IMG/VR virus record: IMGVR_UViG_3300023181_000004
Coordinates: 1 to 64,000 of that record
DNA length: 64,000 bases
Direction: 5' to 3' (one strand)
From: a virus
A program made the translations under genes and the position numbers. The notes beneath the pieces are model-generated. The model did not search any database. It was not told the origin of the DNA and saw only the letters and a list, made by a program, of their open reading frames with translations. This document shows positions 1-8,728 of the stretch, one piece after another. Each line of letters begins with the position of its first letter. The first letter of the stretch is position 1.

Positions 1-63
1 CGCTTGACTTGGCCCTTGCCGAAGACGAAGCGGAACGTAATCGGCCGTTTAGGAGCTTGTGCC

Positions 64-504
64 ATGTCCTCACCCATTCCAGCAGTATATAAATCAATCG
101 TGCGTGCAACGAGCGATTTGATCAAAAATCTCAATGCCGAGGGCGTATACGGTCAGATCGCCTACCACAACTGGGAAGAGCGCGGCCCGGAGAAAAACCT
201 CCCGAAGTACACGCTGATCGGTGTCGAGGGTTTCTCGTTCATCGAGAACGACGGGCTGTGGAATATTCGATATGGACTCGGTCTGTCGAGCTATAACGAC
301 GTCAACCTTCTGAACGAAATCGACCTGATCGCTCGCATTCACGAGCGGTTCGGCGAGCGCGAAAAGATCGACCTGTTGCAGCTGTCGGACGGCGCGCTGG
401 CCAGCGAACTGGTGGTAGGAGCCTTCCGAATGTACCCCATGTCGCAATCTGAATTGCGCAACTATCGCACGTTCGCCATCGAATTGTTGCGCACTGGCAC
501 TTAG
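64..504 (+). CDS. hypothetical protein, possibly tail-completion/neck protein
   Basis: AGGAG RBS before ATG at 64; converges on and overlaps the head gene cluster; function inferred from context only. Confidence 0.45.
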   Translation: MSSPIPAVYKSIVRATSDLIKNLNAEGVYGQIAYHNWEERGPEKNLPKYTLIGVEGFSFIENDGLWNIRYGLGLSSYNDVNLLNEIDLIARIHERFGEREKIDLLQLSDGALASELVVGAFRMYPMSQSELRNYRTFAIELLRTGT

Positions 505-1208
505 GCGTAAGCGTCGCCGGTGATTGGGTCGGTCGACGGGGTGGCGAGAAGGAAGAGCGTACCCGAGGGGGTGGGATCGTAGGCCGGGTTGACCGCGACA
601 ATCGCGTCATTGATGATGGCCGAGAGGCTCTCGGCGATTGATCCCCAATCGATGGCCTGACGCTTATATGCGTTGGTGCCGCTGTCCTCCGATACAGCCA
701 CGCGGACGGCCATCGTTGGGATCAGGTTGAGCGCAGCCTGAGCCTCGATCGCGTCCCGAACGGAAAGCAGCACGGCATCGCCGCTCGCCGCCGCAAGCAG
801 CTCGGCGGTGACAAGGCCGCGGAAGGAGACGTAGGCACGGATCAGCGAAATGTCGCCGTCCGGCAAATCCTTTGGTTCGACACCGAGCTTCGCTCGAACG
901 CCTGCATTCGAGGCACCGTAAGGCGCGCGGGCCTCGACCGAATACCGTTCCTCACCATTCACGAGCGCACCGAGAACGGTGTAGCTCCACTCGAAATCGC
1001 GACTCCCGAACAGCGATCCATCGGCGAGCGTGTTGTGTTCAGAGGCGATCGGCAGATTAATCGAGACAGCATCAGAAGGCACTGCAACGATCCCGCTCGC
1101 GATCACGTCCCCCGCAGTGCCGAGCAGGCGCCACGAAATATCTCCATCCGGTTGACCGGTCGAGAACAGGACAGGGATCGACAGAGCGAGACCGCTGCGG
1201 ACAATCAT
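501..1208 (-). CDS. putative virion structural protein (head-tail adaptor-like)
   Basis: 235 aa, coupled to the upstream gene by TAATG, downstream of the capsid genes. Confidence 0.45.
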   Translation of the reverse strand: MIVRSGLALSIPVLFSTGQPDGDISWRLLGTAGDVIASGIVAVPSDAVSINLPIASEHNTLADGSLFGSRDFEWSYTVLGALVNGEERYSVEARAPYGASNAGVRAKLGVEPKDLPDGDISLIRAYVSFRGLVTAELLAAASGDAVLLSVRDAIEAQAALNLIPTMAVRVAVSEDSGTNAYKRQAIDWGSIAESLSAIINDAIVAVNPAYDPTPSGTLFLLATPSTDPITGDAYA

Positions 1209-1588
1209 TATGCCTTCTCCAGCCGTCCGCCTTCGGCCAGCTCGTCGTTGATGAACGATGTCACCGGCACGGTCGCGCCCGTGATATCGATGTGCTTCGC
1301 CGAGAACGGGTCCATGAGCGTGATATGCTCCTTGGTCTTGACCGTGACCATCTGCGTCTCGTCGGTCGCGCCGTTGCCCGGCAGCGGCTTGGAGTCGTCC
1401 TGCTTGGTCAGGTTCGGCGACTGATCGTTCAGAACGACCGGGTCGGCGGTGGCCGGCGCATCGAGCACGGGATCGGCGACCGTGGTGGTCTGGCCGAGCG
1501 TCTCAGGGTCTTGGGTCGGCACCGGGGTGAGGGGATCGACGCTGGGGGCGACAGGAGTGGCGCCAGCGCCGGGGGTGTTCTTGGCCAT
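1208..1588 (-). CDS. hypothetical Pro/Thr-rich head-region protein
   Basis: 126 aa, AGGAG RBS, immediately after the capsid terminator. Confidence 0.55.
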   Translation of the reverse strand: MAKNTPGAGATPVAPSVDPLTPVPTQDPETLGQTTTVADPVLDAPATADPVVLNDQSPNLTKQDDSKPLPGNGATDETQMVTVKTKEHITLMDPFSAKHIDITGATVPVTSFINDELAEGGRLEKA

Positions 1589-1660
1589 TGAAATTCTCCT
1601 ATGAGGTGGCGGGGTAGTACGCCGTAACGGACGGCAAGGGAAGCAGGTTCAGCACGGTGC

Positions 1661-1690
1661 AAAGAAAAGGCCCCTTGCGGGGCCTTTTCC
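1661..1690 (-). terminator. intrinsic terminator after major capsid gene
   Basis: minus strand AAAAGGCCCC-GCAA-GGGGCCTTTTCTTT. Confidence 0.85.
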
Positions 1691-1708
1691 GTATCAGAGG
1701 ACGGCGCC

Positions 1709-2923
1709 TTAGGCGTCGAGGTTGAGGACCGAGCGCGTGTCGCCGAAGATCATCCGGTAGCCGCGGTTCGTGGTCTTCACGTAGCGCACGCGCTGGTTGG
1801 TGATCGCGCGGGTCGACTCTTCGATGTCCGAGCCGTTCTCGACCAGCTCTTCGACCGTCTCGGCCTTGATGAAGCCGATCAGCTTGGCCGCGGGGGCGGT
1901 CGAACTGAGAGCGAAGGTCATATTGAGCGGCAGGCGAGGGTTCTCGCGAGCCACCTGCACACCGGCGCTGGCGAGGATTTCCATCTGGCTGGGGCCTGCA
2001 TTCGCCGTGGGGGTGGCGAACATCCGGATCCATTCCAGATACATGTCCCAATTGCCGACAACCGTATCGATCGGCGTGCCCTTCTGCGCCTGGCTGACCA
2101 GCCACTTGAGGACGATCTCCCAGTTCAGGCGACCAGCGGCCGGCACCGGGCGGCCCGAGACCGGATAACCGAGCGCGAGGTCGGTCGCATTGACCGTCGG
2201 CGCGGCGCCCGAGACGCCGTCGCCGTTGAGCAGCAGCGCGGTGGCGATCGCGGTCTGGCCGATCTCGACCTCACGCTGCATGCGCGCGGCATACGGCGTG
2301 ATGATGTCGAGGCTGGCGCGCCGCTCGAACTCGTAGGTGAACTCGATGCCGCCGCCGAACTTGTAGAACTTGACGCCCTTGTCGGTCATGCGGAGCGAGC
2401 GAACCGGAATTTCCGAACCTTCGGAAATCACGCCGGTCTGCTGATAGTCGGACGCCTTGTCATCGACGACGGTCGAGATCATCTCGTTGCCGTTGATGGT
2501 GCGGGACTGCGAGACGATCGCGCCGACGTTCTCGATCTGGTCCTGGCGGTACTTCCACTGCAGGATGTTGTCGATCACGGGCGGGAACAGGGCGCGCGAG
2601 CCGGGGAACGTGTTGAACGTCTCGGCGGCGGCCTGCAGAAGGACACCCGAGGAGAAGTCGTCACGGACCGGCAGATCGAGATACGCGAGGGCGCACTCGT
2701 AGCCGTCCATCTTCGCACCGGCGAACTGACCCTTGTTGGGGTCGACCGCGAGGCGGAGATAGTCGTCGATCGAAAGCCGTGCTTCCTTCGCCAGACGGAT
2801 CAGGTTCTCACCCGCGCGCAGCGAGGTCGAGCCGTTCTTGTCCTCGGGCTTGAGACCCGCGAGCAGAACTTCGGCCGGCTGGCGAGCGGCGCGAATAGCG
2901 AGGAGGTTGGGTGCGGTTTCCAT
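1709..2923 (-). CDS. major capsid protein (HK97 fold)
   Basis: about 404 aa, strongly biased codons, ISEGSEIP...KFGGGIEFTYE segment typical of HK97-type capsids, position after protease and decoration genes, own terminator. Confidence 0.85.
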   Translation of the reverse strand: METAPNLLAIRAARQPAEVLLAGLKPEDKNGSTSLRAGENLIRLAKEARLSIDDYLRLAVDPNKGQFAGAKMDGYECALAYLDLPVRDDFSSGVLLQAAAETFNTFPGSRALFPPVIDNILQWKYRQDQIENVGAIVSQSRTINGNEMISTVVDDKASDYQQTGVISEGSEIPVRSLRMTDKGVKFYKFGGGIEFTYEFERRASLDIITPYAARMQREVEIGQTAIATALLLNGDGVSGAAPTVNATDLALGYPVSGRPVPAAGRLNWEIVLKWLVSQAQKGTPIDTVVGNWDMYLEWIRMFATPTANAGPSQMEILASAGVQVARENPRLPLNMTFALSSTAPAAKLIGFIKAETVEELVENGSDIEESTRAITNQRVRYVKTTNRGYRMIFGDTRSVLNLDA

Positions 2924-2933
2924 GAGGCGTTCC

Positions 2934-3350
2934 TTACAGCTTCTCGGCGACGACGTAGTCGGTGCCGACTTCGACGACGATGGGGTTGGCGACACCGGCC
3001 GCGGTGTCCTTCTTCACGAGACCGGCGCCAGCGCCGATCACGCGATCCCCGACGACGATACCGTGACCGGTTGCGGCGGGGAGCTTCTCCTTGAACTTGC
3101 GCGCGATCGAGGCGACCTTGCCCCCGCCGATCGAGTTGCGGTTCTCGGCGACATAGACGCGACCGAAGATCACATCGCCGTCGGCGGCCAGCTTTACCGT
3201 GGCCGCGGCGGACGTGTCGAGCGAAACGGCCTTGCCGGCGGTGGCGGCGACCGCCGTGTCGTCAGCGAAGGTGCCCGACAGGTGATAGGTGAAAGTGAAG
3301 ATACCGAAGGGGAAACCGTCGGAGACGACACCAGTGATGTTGTAAGCCAT
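2934..3350 (-). CDS. head decoration/cement protein
   Basis: 138 aa small-residue beta-rich protein (GKAVSL, VKLAADGD) between scaffold and capsid. Confidence 0.65.
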   Translation of the reverse strand: MAYNITGVVSDGFPFGIFTFTYHLSGTFADDTAVAATAGKAVSLDTSAAATVKLAADGDVIFGRVYVAENRNSIGGGKVASIARKFKEKLPAATGHGIVVGDRVIGAGAGLVKKDTAAGVANPIVVEVGTDYVVAEKL

Positions 3351-3362
3351 GATATTCGCTCC

Positions 3363-4538
3363 TTACTTGCGGACGCCGAAGGCATGCTTCGGGTCATAGG
3401 ACAGTTCGACCTTCTGGTCTTCGCCGCCGGCACCCGCCGCGCGCCCGCCGACTGGCAGGATCGAGGTCAGGTTGGCCGTCAGTTCGCCGATCTTGGTCTT
3501 GAGTTCGGCGACCGTCTTGAGACGGGCGTCGCCTTCGAGCTTCTTCTCGCCCTTGGCGACCATGAGATGATCGAGCTGCTCATGGAGGAACGTCACGGCC
3601 TCATCGCGCTCGGTGGCGACGGTCGCCTCGGGGCGCGCGGCCAGCGTATCACGTTCGGCAGTCAGGGTGGCAAGCGCGGTGTCGCGCTCGGCAATCGTCG
3701 CGCGCGCAGCGGTCAGCTCGACCGTTCGGGCGTCGCGATCGCGCTCGGCCGCCGACAGGTTCGCCGTCAACGTGCCCTTGTCCGCGGACAGGGTCGTGAG
3801 CTGGGCGGTCAGCGCGGTGATTGCAGTGTCGCTCATCGTATCTTCCTTTTTCCCGAGGGACGCCTGCACAACCAGTTCGTCCGTCTCAAAACCATTTGCA
3901 GCCAGGAGCTTGATCCCCTCGGGCGCCAACTTCGACTGGGACTTACCAACAATTTTAGGTTTGTCAGCTGCACCACGGGCAACCAGTGAAGTTTCTACGA
4001 ATTGCGACAGGCCAACCATCTCGCCATGCACGCCGCCGATACCGATCTGGTGGCCGTTGGCGCACATACGGGCATAGAGATGCTCGCGGTCGATGCCCGG
4101 TGCGAAATAATCCCAGCCACATTCCGAGCAGTTGAACTCGCGCGACATGAAGGCGACCGAGACCTCATCCAGCACGCCCGCATTCAGCTTGGCGATGAGG
4201 GTGACCTCGGTCTGGTCGAGGTAGAACAGGCCGCGCATCGTGAGCGAGGCATCCTCGAAATCGAGCGCGGCGTGGAACAAACGACCCTTCGGCGCACCCA
4301 TCATCTCGTGATCGGCGATCAGCGGCAGATGATTGCCCCCGTTGATGGCATCGACCATCTCTTTGAGAGTGATCGGCTGCACGACCGCGTTTTCGAACAG
4401 CGCGCCGCGCTTGCCGGGCAACGGCTTGGTGTTGAGCATGATCGTCTCGAACACCGCAAAGCCGGACGGATCGACGTCTTGGCCGACCGCTGCTTTGATC
4501 ATCGCCTCAAGGGCAGGGGTCATATCGAGCTGCTTCAT
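3363..4538 (-). CDS. prohead protease fused to coiled-coil scaffold
   Basis: LPLIADH, DEVSVAF and ETSLVARGA protease-like motifs; Ala/Thr-rich coiled-coil C-terminus. Confidence 0.75.
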   Translation of the reverse strand: MKQLDMTPALEAMIKAAVGQDVDPSGFAVFETIMLNTKPLPGKRGALFENAVVQPITLKEMVDAINGGNHLPLIADHEMMGAPKGRLFHAALDFEDASLTMRGLFYLDQTEVTLIAKLNAGVLDEVSVAFMSREFNCSECGWDYFAPGIDREHLYARMCANGHQIGIGGVHGEMVGLSQFVETSLVARGAADKPKIVGKSQSKLAPEGIKLLAANGFETDELVVQASLGKKEDTMSDTAITALTAQLTTLSADKGTLTANLSAAERDRDARTVELTAARATIAERDTALATLTAERDTLAARPEATVATERDEAVTFLHEQLDHLMVAKGEKKLEGDARLKTVAELKTKIGELTANLTSILPVGGRAAGAGGEDQKVELSYDPKHAFGVRK

Positions 4539-4619
4539 GTATCTGCCCTATGTCGTCGGAGCCAAGCTGTTCAAGCGGTTCGTGGACAACCACTTATTTT
4601 TCTACAGTTGGATTTCTAG

Positions 4620-4636
4620 AAACTACTAGGTAATTT
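4620..4636. promoter_or_regulatory. 17-bp quasi-palindromic site (1 of 12)
   Basis: AAACTAC-TAG-GTAATTT between portal and protease; reverse complement identical to the 46587 copy. Confidence 0.7.
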
Positions 4637-4654
4637 TAAGAGAAGTGGGTTCTG

Positions 4655-6181
4655 CTAGAGAGCGAATTCCAGCATGCCGCCGTCTTCCAATTGAAAGGAC
4701 AGCTTGGTCTTGGCTCCGCCGCTCTTCACAGCATTGTTCCGACCGACCCCGTTGCCGCCCTCGCCCGACAACGCGCGGCCAAGCGAGTCCGTGTTCGCGG
4801 AAGCGTCACCGGCGTCAATGGCCGGTGTCGGATCGGCGAACTTCGTGCCGGACAGCACCGGCGCGCCGGGCAGCGGCGGCCGGCCGTACATCGCCATGCT
4901 GTATTCGATGTCGGTGATCAGGCCGTCACTCAAATCTTGGCGCAGGCGACTGGCCTTCATGGTCCACTGCGGCTCCAGCTCCATGACCGGGCGCAGTTCG
5001 ACCGGTGGGAAATTGACCTCGATACGACCCGCGAAACCCGCGAGACGCGCGGCGAGCGTGAACGACTTGGTGAAGATCGCCGCGACGGCGCGGTTGAGCG
5101 CGTCCGCGCTGAGCGCGAACAGGCGCGCCTCGGTTGATGCGACCTGTCCGTTGGTGCCCTTGCCGACGACGGCGGGCATGACCTTGAGAGCGGCCATGTT
5201 CTGCGCTTGCAGGACATCGATCACGCCTTGGATTTGGATGCCGGCCGACGGGTTCTTATCATTGATAATTTTTGCCTCGATGGCGTTCGAGTGAACGAAG
5301 GCATCGCCCGAGCCGAGGTTGCTGATTGTGGTGCGAATCGCGTTCAGCTCGGCCTGCACATACGAACGGATCTTTTCCGGCTGGTTACGAAAAGCCGGCG
5401 GCGCCGACTTCGTCAGCACGTCTTCGAGCACCTGTACATCCACACGCGGGTAGCCGACGATCTTCATGATCCGGTACAGCTCGTTGATGACGAGCGTGCG
5501 CGACGCGATCGTGTTGATCGCCGAGACAAACGGCGAGAAGGTGTATTTGCCGAGCGGCGACTGGTGGAAATTCGACGTGAAGAAGGTCGGGATATTGAGA
5601 TCGATCTTCTCGTTCGAGCCAGTCGGCGTCTGGACCGGCTTGTAGACACCCGGCGCCGTCTGGTCCCACGTCAGCGTGGCTGGATCGACCAGCCGCAGCT
5701 CGCTCGGGACATAGGTCTTGTCGAGGACCAGTTCGGCCGCCGTGCCGCCGCGCAGCAACATCATGTAGCGGTGGTCGGAGCACAGGGCATCAACCGTTGG
5801 CTTGTCGCTGTAGCCGAGCGTGTAATCGTTGGTCGTGGTGAGAACCGCCAGCAGCTGCTGACCCATCGCGATCCCATCGGTGCTGATCTCGTCGTTCTCG
5901 TCGTAGGCGGTGACCAGCGGGTCGACCGAGCCGGCGACGGACAGGAACGCGTTGATGGCCGCCGAGACGTCGGGGTCCATATTCGCGAGCGTCGCCATCA
6001 GCTCGCGACTGTCGTTCGCCGCGCGGGTGGTGTAGACGTCGGTCAGATGGTCGCGGTACGTCGGAGCAGTCATCGTCGGCTGCGACTTCACGAAGCCCGG
6101 AGTGGCGCCCTTGCCCCCCTTCACGCCCTTGCCCTTGGGCAGGAGGATGGCACCGAGGCCATTCATGATGCTGTCAGCCAT
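4655..6181 (-). CDS. portal protein
   Basis: 508 aa directly downstream of the terminase; DPDVSAAI helix and GYPRVDV motif typical of portals. Confidence 0.8.
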   Translation of the reverse strand: MADSIMNGLGAILLPKGKGVKGGKGATPGFVKSQPTMTAPTYRDHLTDVYTTRAANDSRELMATLANMDPDVSAAINAFLSVAGSVDPLVTAYDENDEISTDGIAMGQQLLAVLTTTNDYTLGYSDKPTVDALCSDHRYMMLLRGGTAAELVLDKTYVPSELRLVDPATLTWDQTAPGVYKPVQTPTGSNEKIDLNIPTFFTSNFHQSPLGKYTFSPFVSAINTIASRTLVINELYRIMKIVGYPRVDVQVLEDVLTKSAPPAFRNQPEKIRSYVQAELNAIRTTISNLGSGDAFVHSNAIEAKIINDKNPSAGIQIQGVIDVLQAQNMAALKVMPAVVGKGTNGQVASTEARLFALSADALNRAVAAIFTKSFTLAARLAGFAGRIEVNFPPVELRPVMELEPQWTMKASRLRQDLSDGLITDIEYSMAMYGRPPLPGAPVLSGTKFADPTPAIDAGDASANTDSLGRALSGEGGNGVGRNNAVKSGGAKTKLSFQLEDGGMLEFAL

Positions 6182-7939
6182 TTATCCGAGCCTCGAAATG
6201 CGGGAGAGACCGGTGGTCTTGCCGGTTCCGTTGAAGTTGAGCATTCCTTGCGTACCGCCAAAAGAGGCTCCAAGGAAAGAGGAAGTAGTGGCCACCGTCG
6301 AAATCTGTGTAGCAAACATGTGCTCGCCGATGCGCCGCGCCAGCAGGTTGAACGCGATCGAGTGCATGAAGTGGTCGTTGCCGTCCGTCTTCTTCCATTC
6401 GCCCAGCACGTTGTCACTGTCGGACGGCTTGTCGTCGCGGACCATGCTCATCAGGTGCTTGGTGACGGTCGCCGCCTGACCCTGATAGCCCGAGATGGTC
6501 ATGATCCGATGGCTGATAAGAGACTGGACACGGTCAAGCGCCAGCGTATTGTTGGCCGAGTAATGGTTCAGGATTTTGGTGTCGCTCTCCATCACCGGCG
6601 CCAGCGCCTGCAAACCGCGGTACTGAACCGGGATGATCAGACCCGAGGTGCTATCCCGCATCGCATCGGCTTCGGTGGTATAGGGGAAGCGATCGATCGC
6701 GCCTTGGACGATGTTATAGATTTTGCAGAGTTCCTCGACGCGGCGCTGCAGCGACGACGCCGGCACCGTGTCGAAATAGACGAAATGCGGCTTGCCGTCG
6801 TCATCGTCATAGCTGATCGTGATATAGCAGGTCAGGCCGACGTCGATGCCCATGAAGCAGGGCGTGTCAGCGCTGATGTTCGGGATCGACGCCGTGCCTT
6901 TGGCCATGCAGGCCTTGATATCGGCTTCCTGCAGCCGCGCGTCGGCGGCGGTATACTCTTCGCCGAGCACGGTGTTATAGAAGCCACGCGTGAACGATTT
7001 GTCCTGATACTGGGCCAGCTGCCCGAAGATGTAGGACGGCTTGATGCGCGGCGTCGAGAATGGCCGGACCTGATAGCCGCGGAAGTTGAGCACCGAGGGA
7101 CGCAGCGCGACCCACTCGCGCAGGTCGTCGTTGCCCAGCTCCAGCCGGTGCTCGCAGTCAGGGCACTTGACGTAGCAATCCTCCAGATCGAGCATCGCGA
7201 TCTGCTGCGCCGTCAGGTCCGTGAAGTTCTCGATATCGAACGGGAGCTTCTTGAGGTGGATGAAGGCTGGCTTGAACAGCGGGATGTGCCAGCGGTTGCA
7301 GCCGGGGCACTTGGCGAAATACTCGCGCTGGTCGGTGAGCTGGTAGTTCTTGTCGATGCCGAAGCCGGCGAACGTCGGCGTCGAGAATGACTGCGTGATC
7401 TGCATGTCCGATCCCTGGAGGCGGGACTGGTACAGCGCGATGATCTCCTGTGGCGACAGGTCCAACTCGTCGTGGAACAGGAAGTCGGCGGACAGGGACG
7501 TCGCGTCGCCCTCGGTGCAGGCGGTGATGTAGCCGAAGCTGTCGCGGATCTGGACCTGATCCTTCGAGCGGGTCGGCTTCATGGCCGACGGCGGATTGAA
7601 GACCGCGTCTGCTTCGAGGATGGGCTTGATGCGCCCGTTATAGGTCTTGGTGAACATCTTCTCGTTGGGCATGGAGAAGATGCCGGCGATCGCCGTCGAG
7701 CGCGTCAGGATTGCGAGGAACTTTCGGATCTGAACCTCGGTAAGGCCGATCTGCGAGCACTTCTTCACCGACAGATTACGGTGCATGTCGTTGGCGATCT
7801 CGTACTGGAAGCCGTAGCCGTCGTAGGAGAAGGGCCGCTTCTTGATCGTGGTGTTCGCTGTGATCCAATCGCCCATCGACTGGGACGCGTTGACGTCGCC
7901 GAAGCGCATCTTCACGGCTTGATAGAGTTCGTCGAACAT
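6182..7939 (-). CDS. terL: terminase large subunit (GpA-like)
   Basis: KCSQIGLTE Walker A variant, FLFHDELD Walker B, STPT motif, CPGC/CPDC Zn motif, MGIDVG nuclease motif, NDHFMH. Confidence 0.92.
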   Translation of the reverse strand: MFDELYQAVKMRFGDVNASQSMGDWITANTTIKKRPFSYDGYGFQYEIANDMHRNLSVKKCSQIGLTEVQIRKFLAILTRSTAIAGIFSMPNEKMFTKTYNGRIKPILEADAVFNPPSAMKPTRSKDQVQIRDSFGYITACTEGDATSLSADFLFHDELDLSPQEIIALYQSRLQGSDMQITQSFSTPTFAGFGIDKNYQLTDQREYFAKCPGCNRWHIPLFKPAFIHLKKLPFDIENFTDLTAQQIAMLDLEDCYVKCPDCEHRLELGNDDLREWVALRPSVLNFRGYQVRPFSTPRIKPSYIFGQLAQYQDKSFTRGFYNTVLGEEYTAADARLQEADIKACMAKGTASIPNISADTPCFMGIDVGLTCYITISYDDDDGKPHFVYFDTVPASSLQRRVEELCKIYNIVQGAIDRFPYTTEADAMRDSTSGLIIPVQYRGLQALAPVMESDTKILNHYSANNTLALDRVQSLISHRIMTISGYQGQAATVTKHLMSMVRDDKPSDSDNVLGEWKKTDGNDHFMHSIAFNLLARRIGEHMFATQISTVATTSSFLGASFGGTQGMLNFNGTGKTTGLSRISRLG

Positions 7940-7991
7940 GCCTCGCCTGTGGCTGATGTCCCGGTGAAGATCAAATGGTTGTACGGCAACC

Positions 7992-8008
7992 GCTCTACCC
8001 TGTAGTTT
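7992..8008. promoter_or_regulatory. 17-bp site (2 of 12)
   Basis: GCTCTAC-CCT-GTAGTTT in the divergent terL/8055 gap. Confidence 0.55.
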
Positions 8009-8054
8009 GGCGAAATCGGCTTGCGCGTGCGACCGACAAGACTAGGACAGACCC

Positions 8055-8552
8055 ATGAGCAATTTCCCTCCCCTCCGCATGGCCGTCTTGACCGGCCTGA
8101 TCGGGCTGAAAAATCAGCTCGACACCCTCGCGCTCCCCGAGTGCCCCTACGATGAGGAGACCAAGAACGCCTTGCTGGAGCTTCTTGCGCCCAAGGTGGT
8201 CGAAAAGATCATCGAGAAAGAGGTGCTGACGGAGGCAAAAGCCGGCCGCGGCCGGCCGTCGAAAGACATTCGCCTCTCCGACGAGGACCAGCAGATGGTG
8301 CTCGACGAGATCAAGCAGACGATCAAGGATCTGAACGACGTCGGCAGCGGCACGGGCCTGCAGGTCAACGAGAAGATCCAGATCGCCAAGACCAAGGGTG
8401 ATCAGCTGGAGCGCCTGCTGAAAATGCTGGAGCGCCACACCACGGTACAGCGCGTCGGCGAATTTCAGGAAACCGTGATCCGCATCCTCGATGACCTAGT
8501 ATCGGAGAAGGACAAGGAAATCTTCATGAAGCGATTGGAGCCATTTCGATGA
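8055..8552 (+). CDS. helical DNA-binding protein, possible terminase small subunit
   Basis: AGGA RBS, GRGRPSK AT-hook-like motif, charged helices; adjacent to but divergent from terL. Confidence 0.4.
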   Translation: MSNFPPLRMAVLTGLIGLKNQLDTLALPECPYDEETKNALLELLAPKVVEKIIEKEVLTEAKAGRGRPSKDIRLSDEDQQMVLDEIKQTIKDLNDVGSGTGLQVNEKIQIAKTKGDQLERLLKMLERHTTVQRVGEFQETVIRILDDLVSEKDKEIFMKRLEPFR

Positions 8553-8728
8553 CCGCTATCTCGCCGCCGATGATTATCACAGGCATATTGTTGAATATCA
8601 ACGCTTTTGCGCTTGAGCATCATCCGATCTTGATGTTTTGTGACCTCGCAGTGGCCACCTACATCTTGTGGAATTCGATCTCACACATTGATCCGCCTTC
8701 TGGTCCCACTCCTGTTCGAGTATAATTT

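Noticed and set aside
5207-7390. 727-aa plus-strand ORF and similar long antisense ORFs (8681, 26129, 28072, 37238, 47061)
   Set aside because: Shadow frames of GC3-biased real genes; no motifs or RBS.
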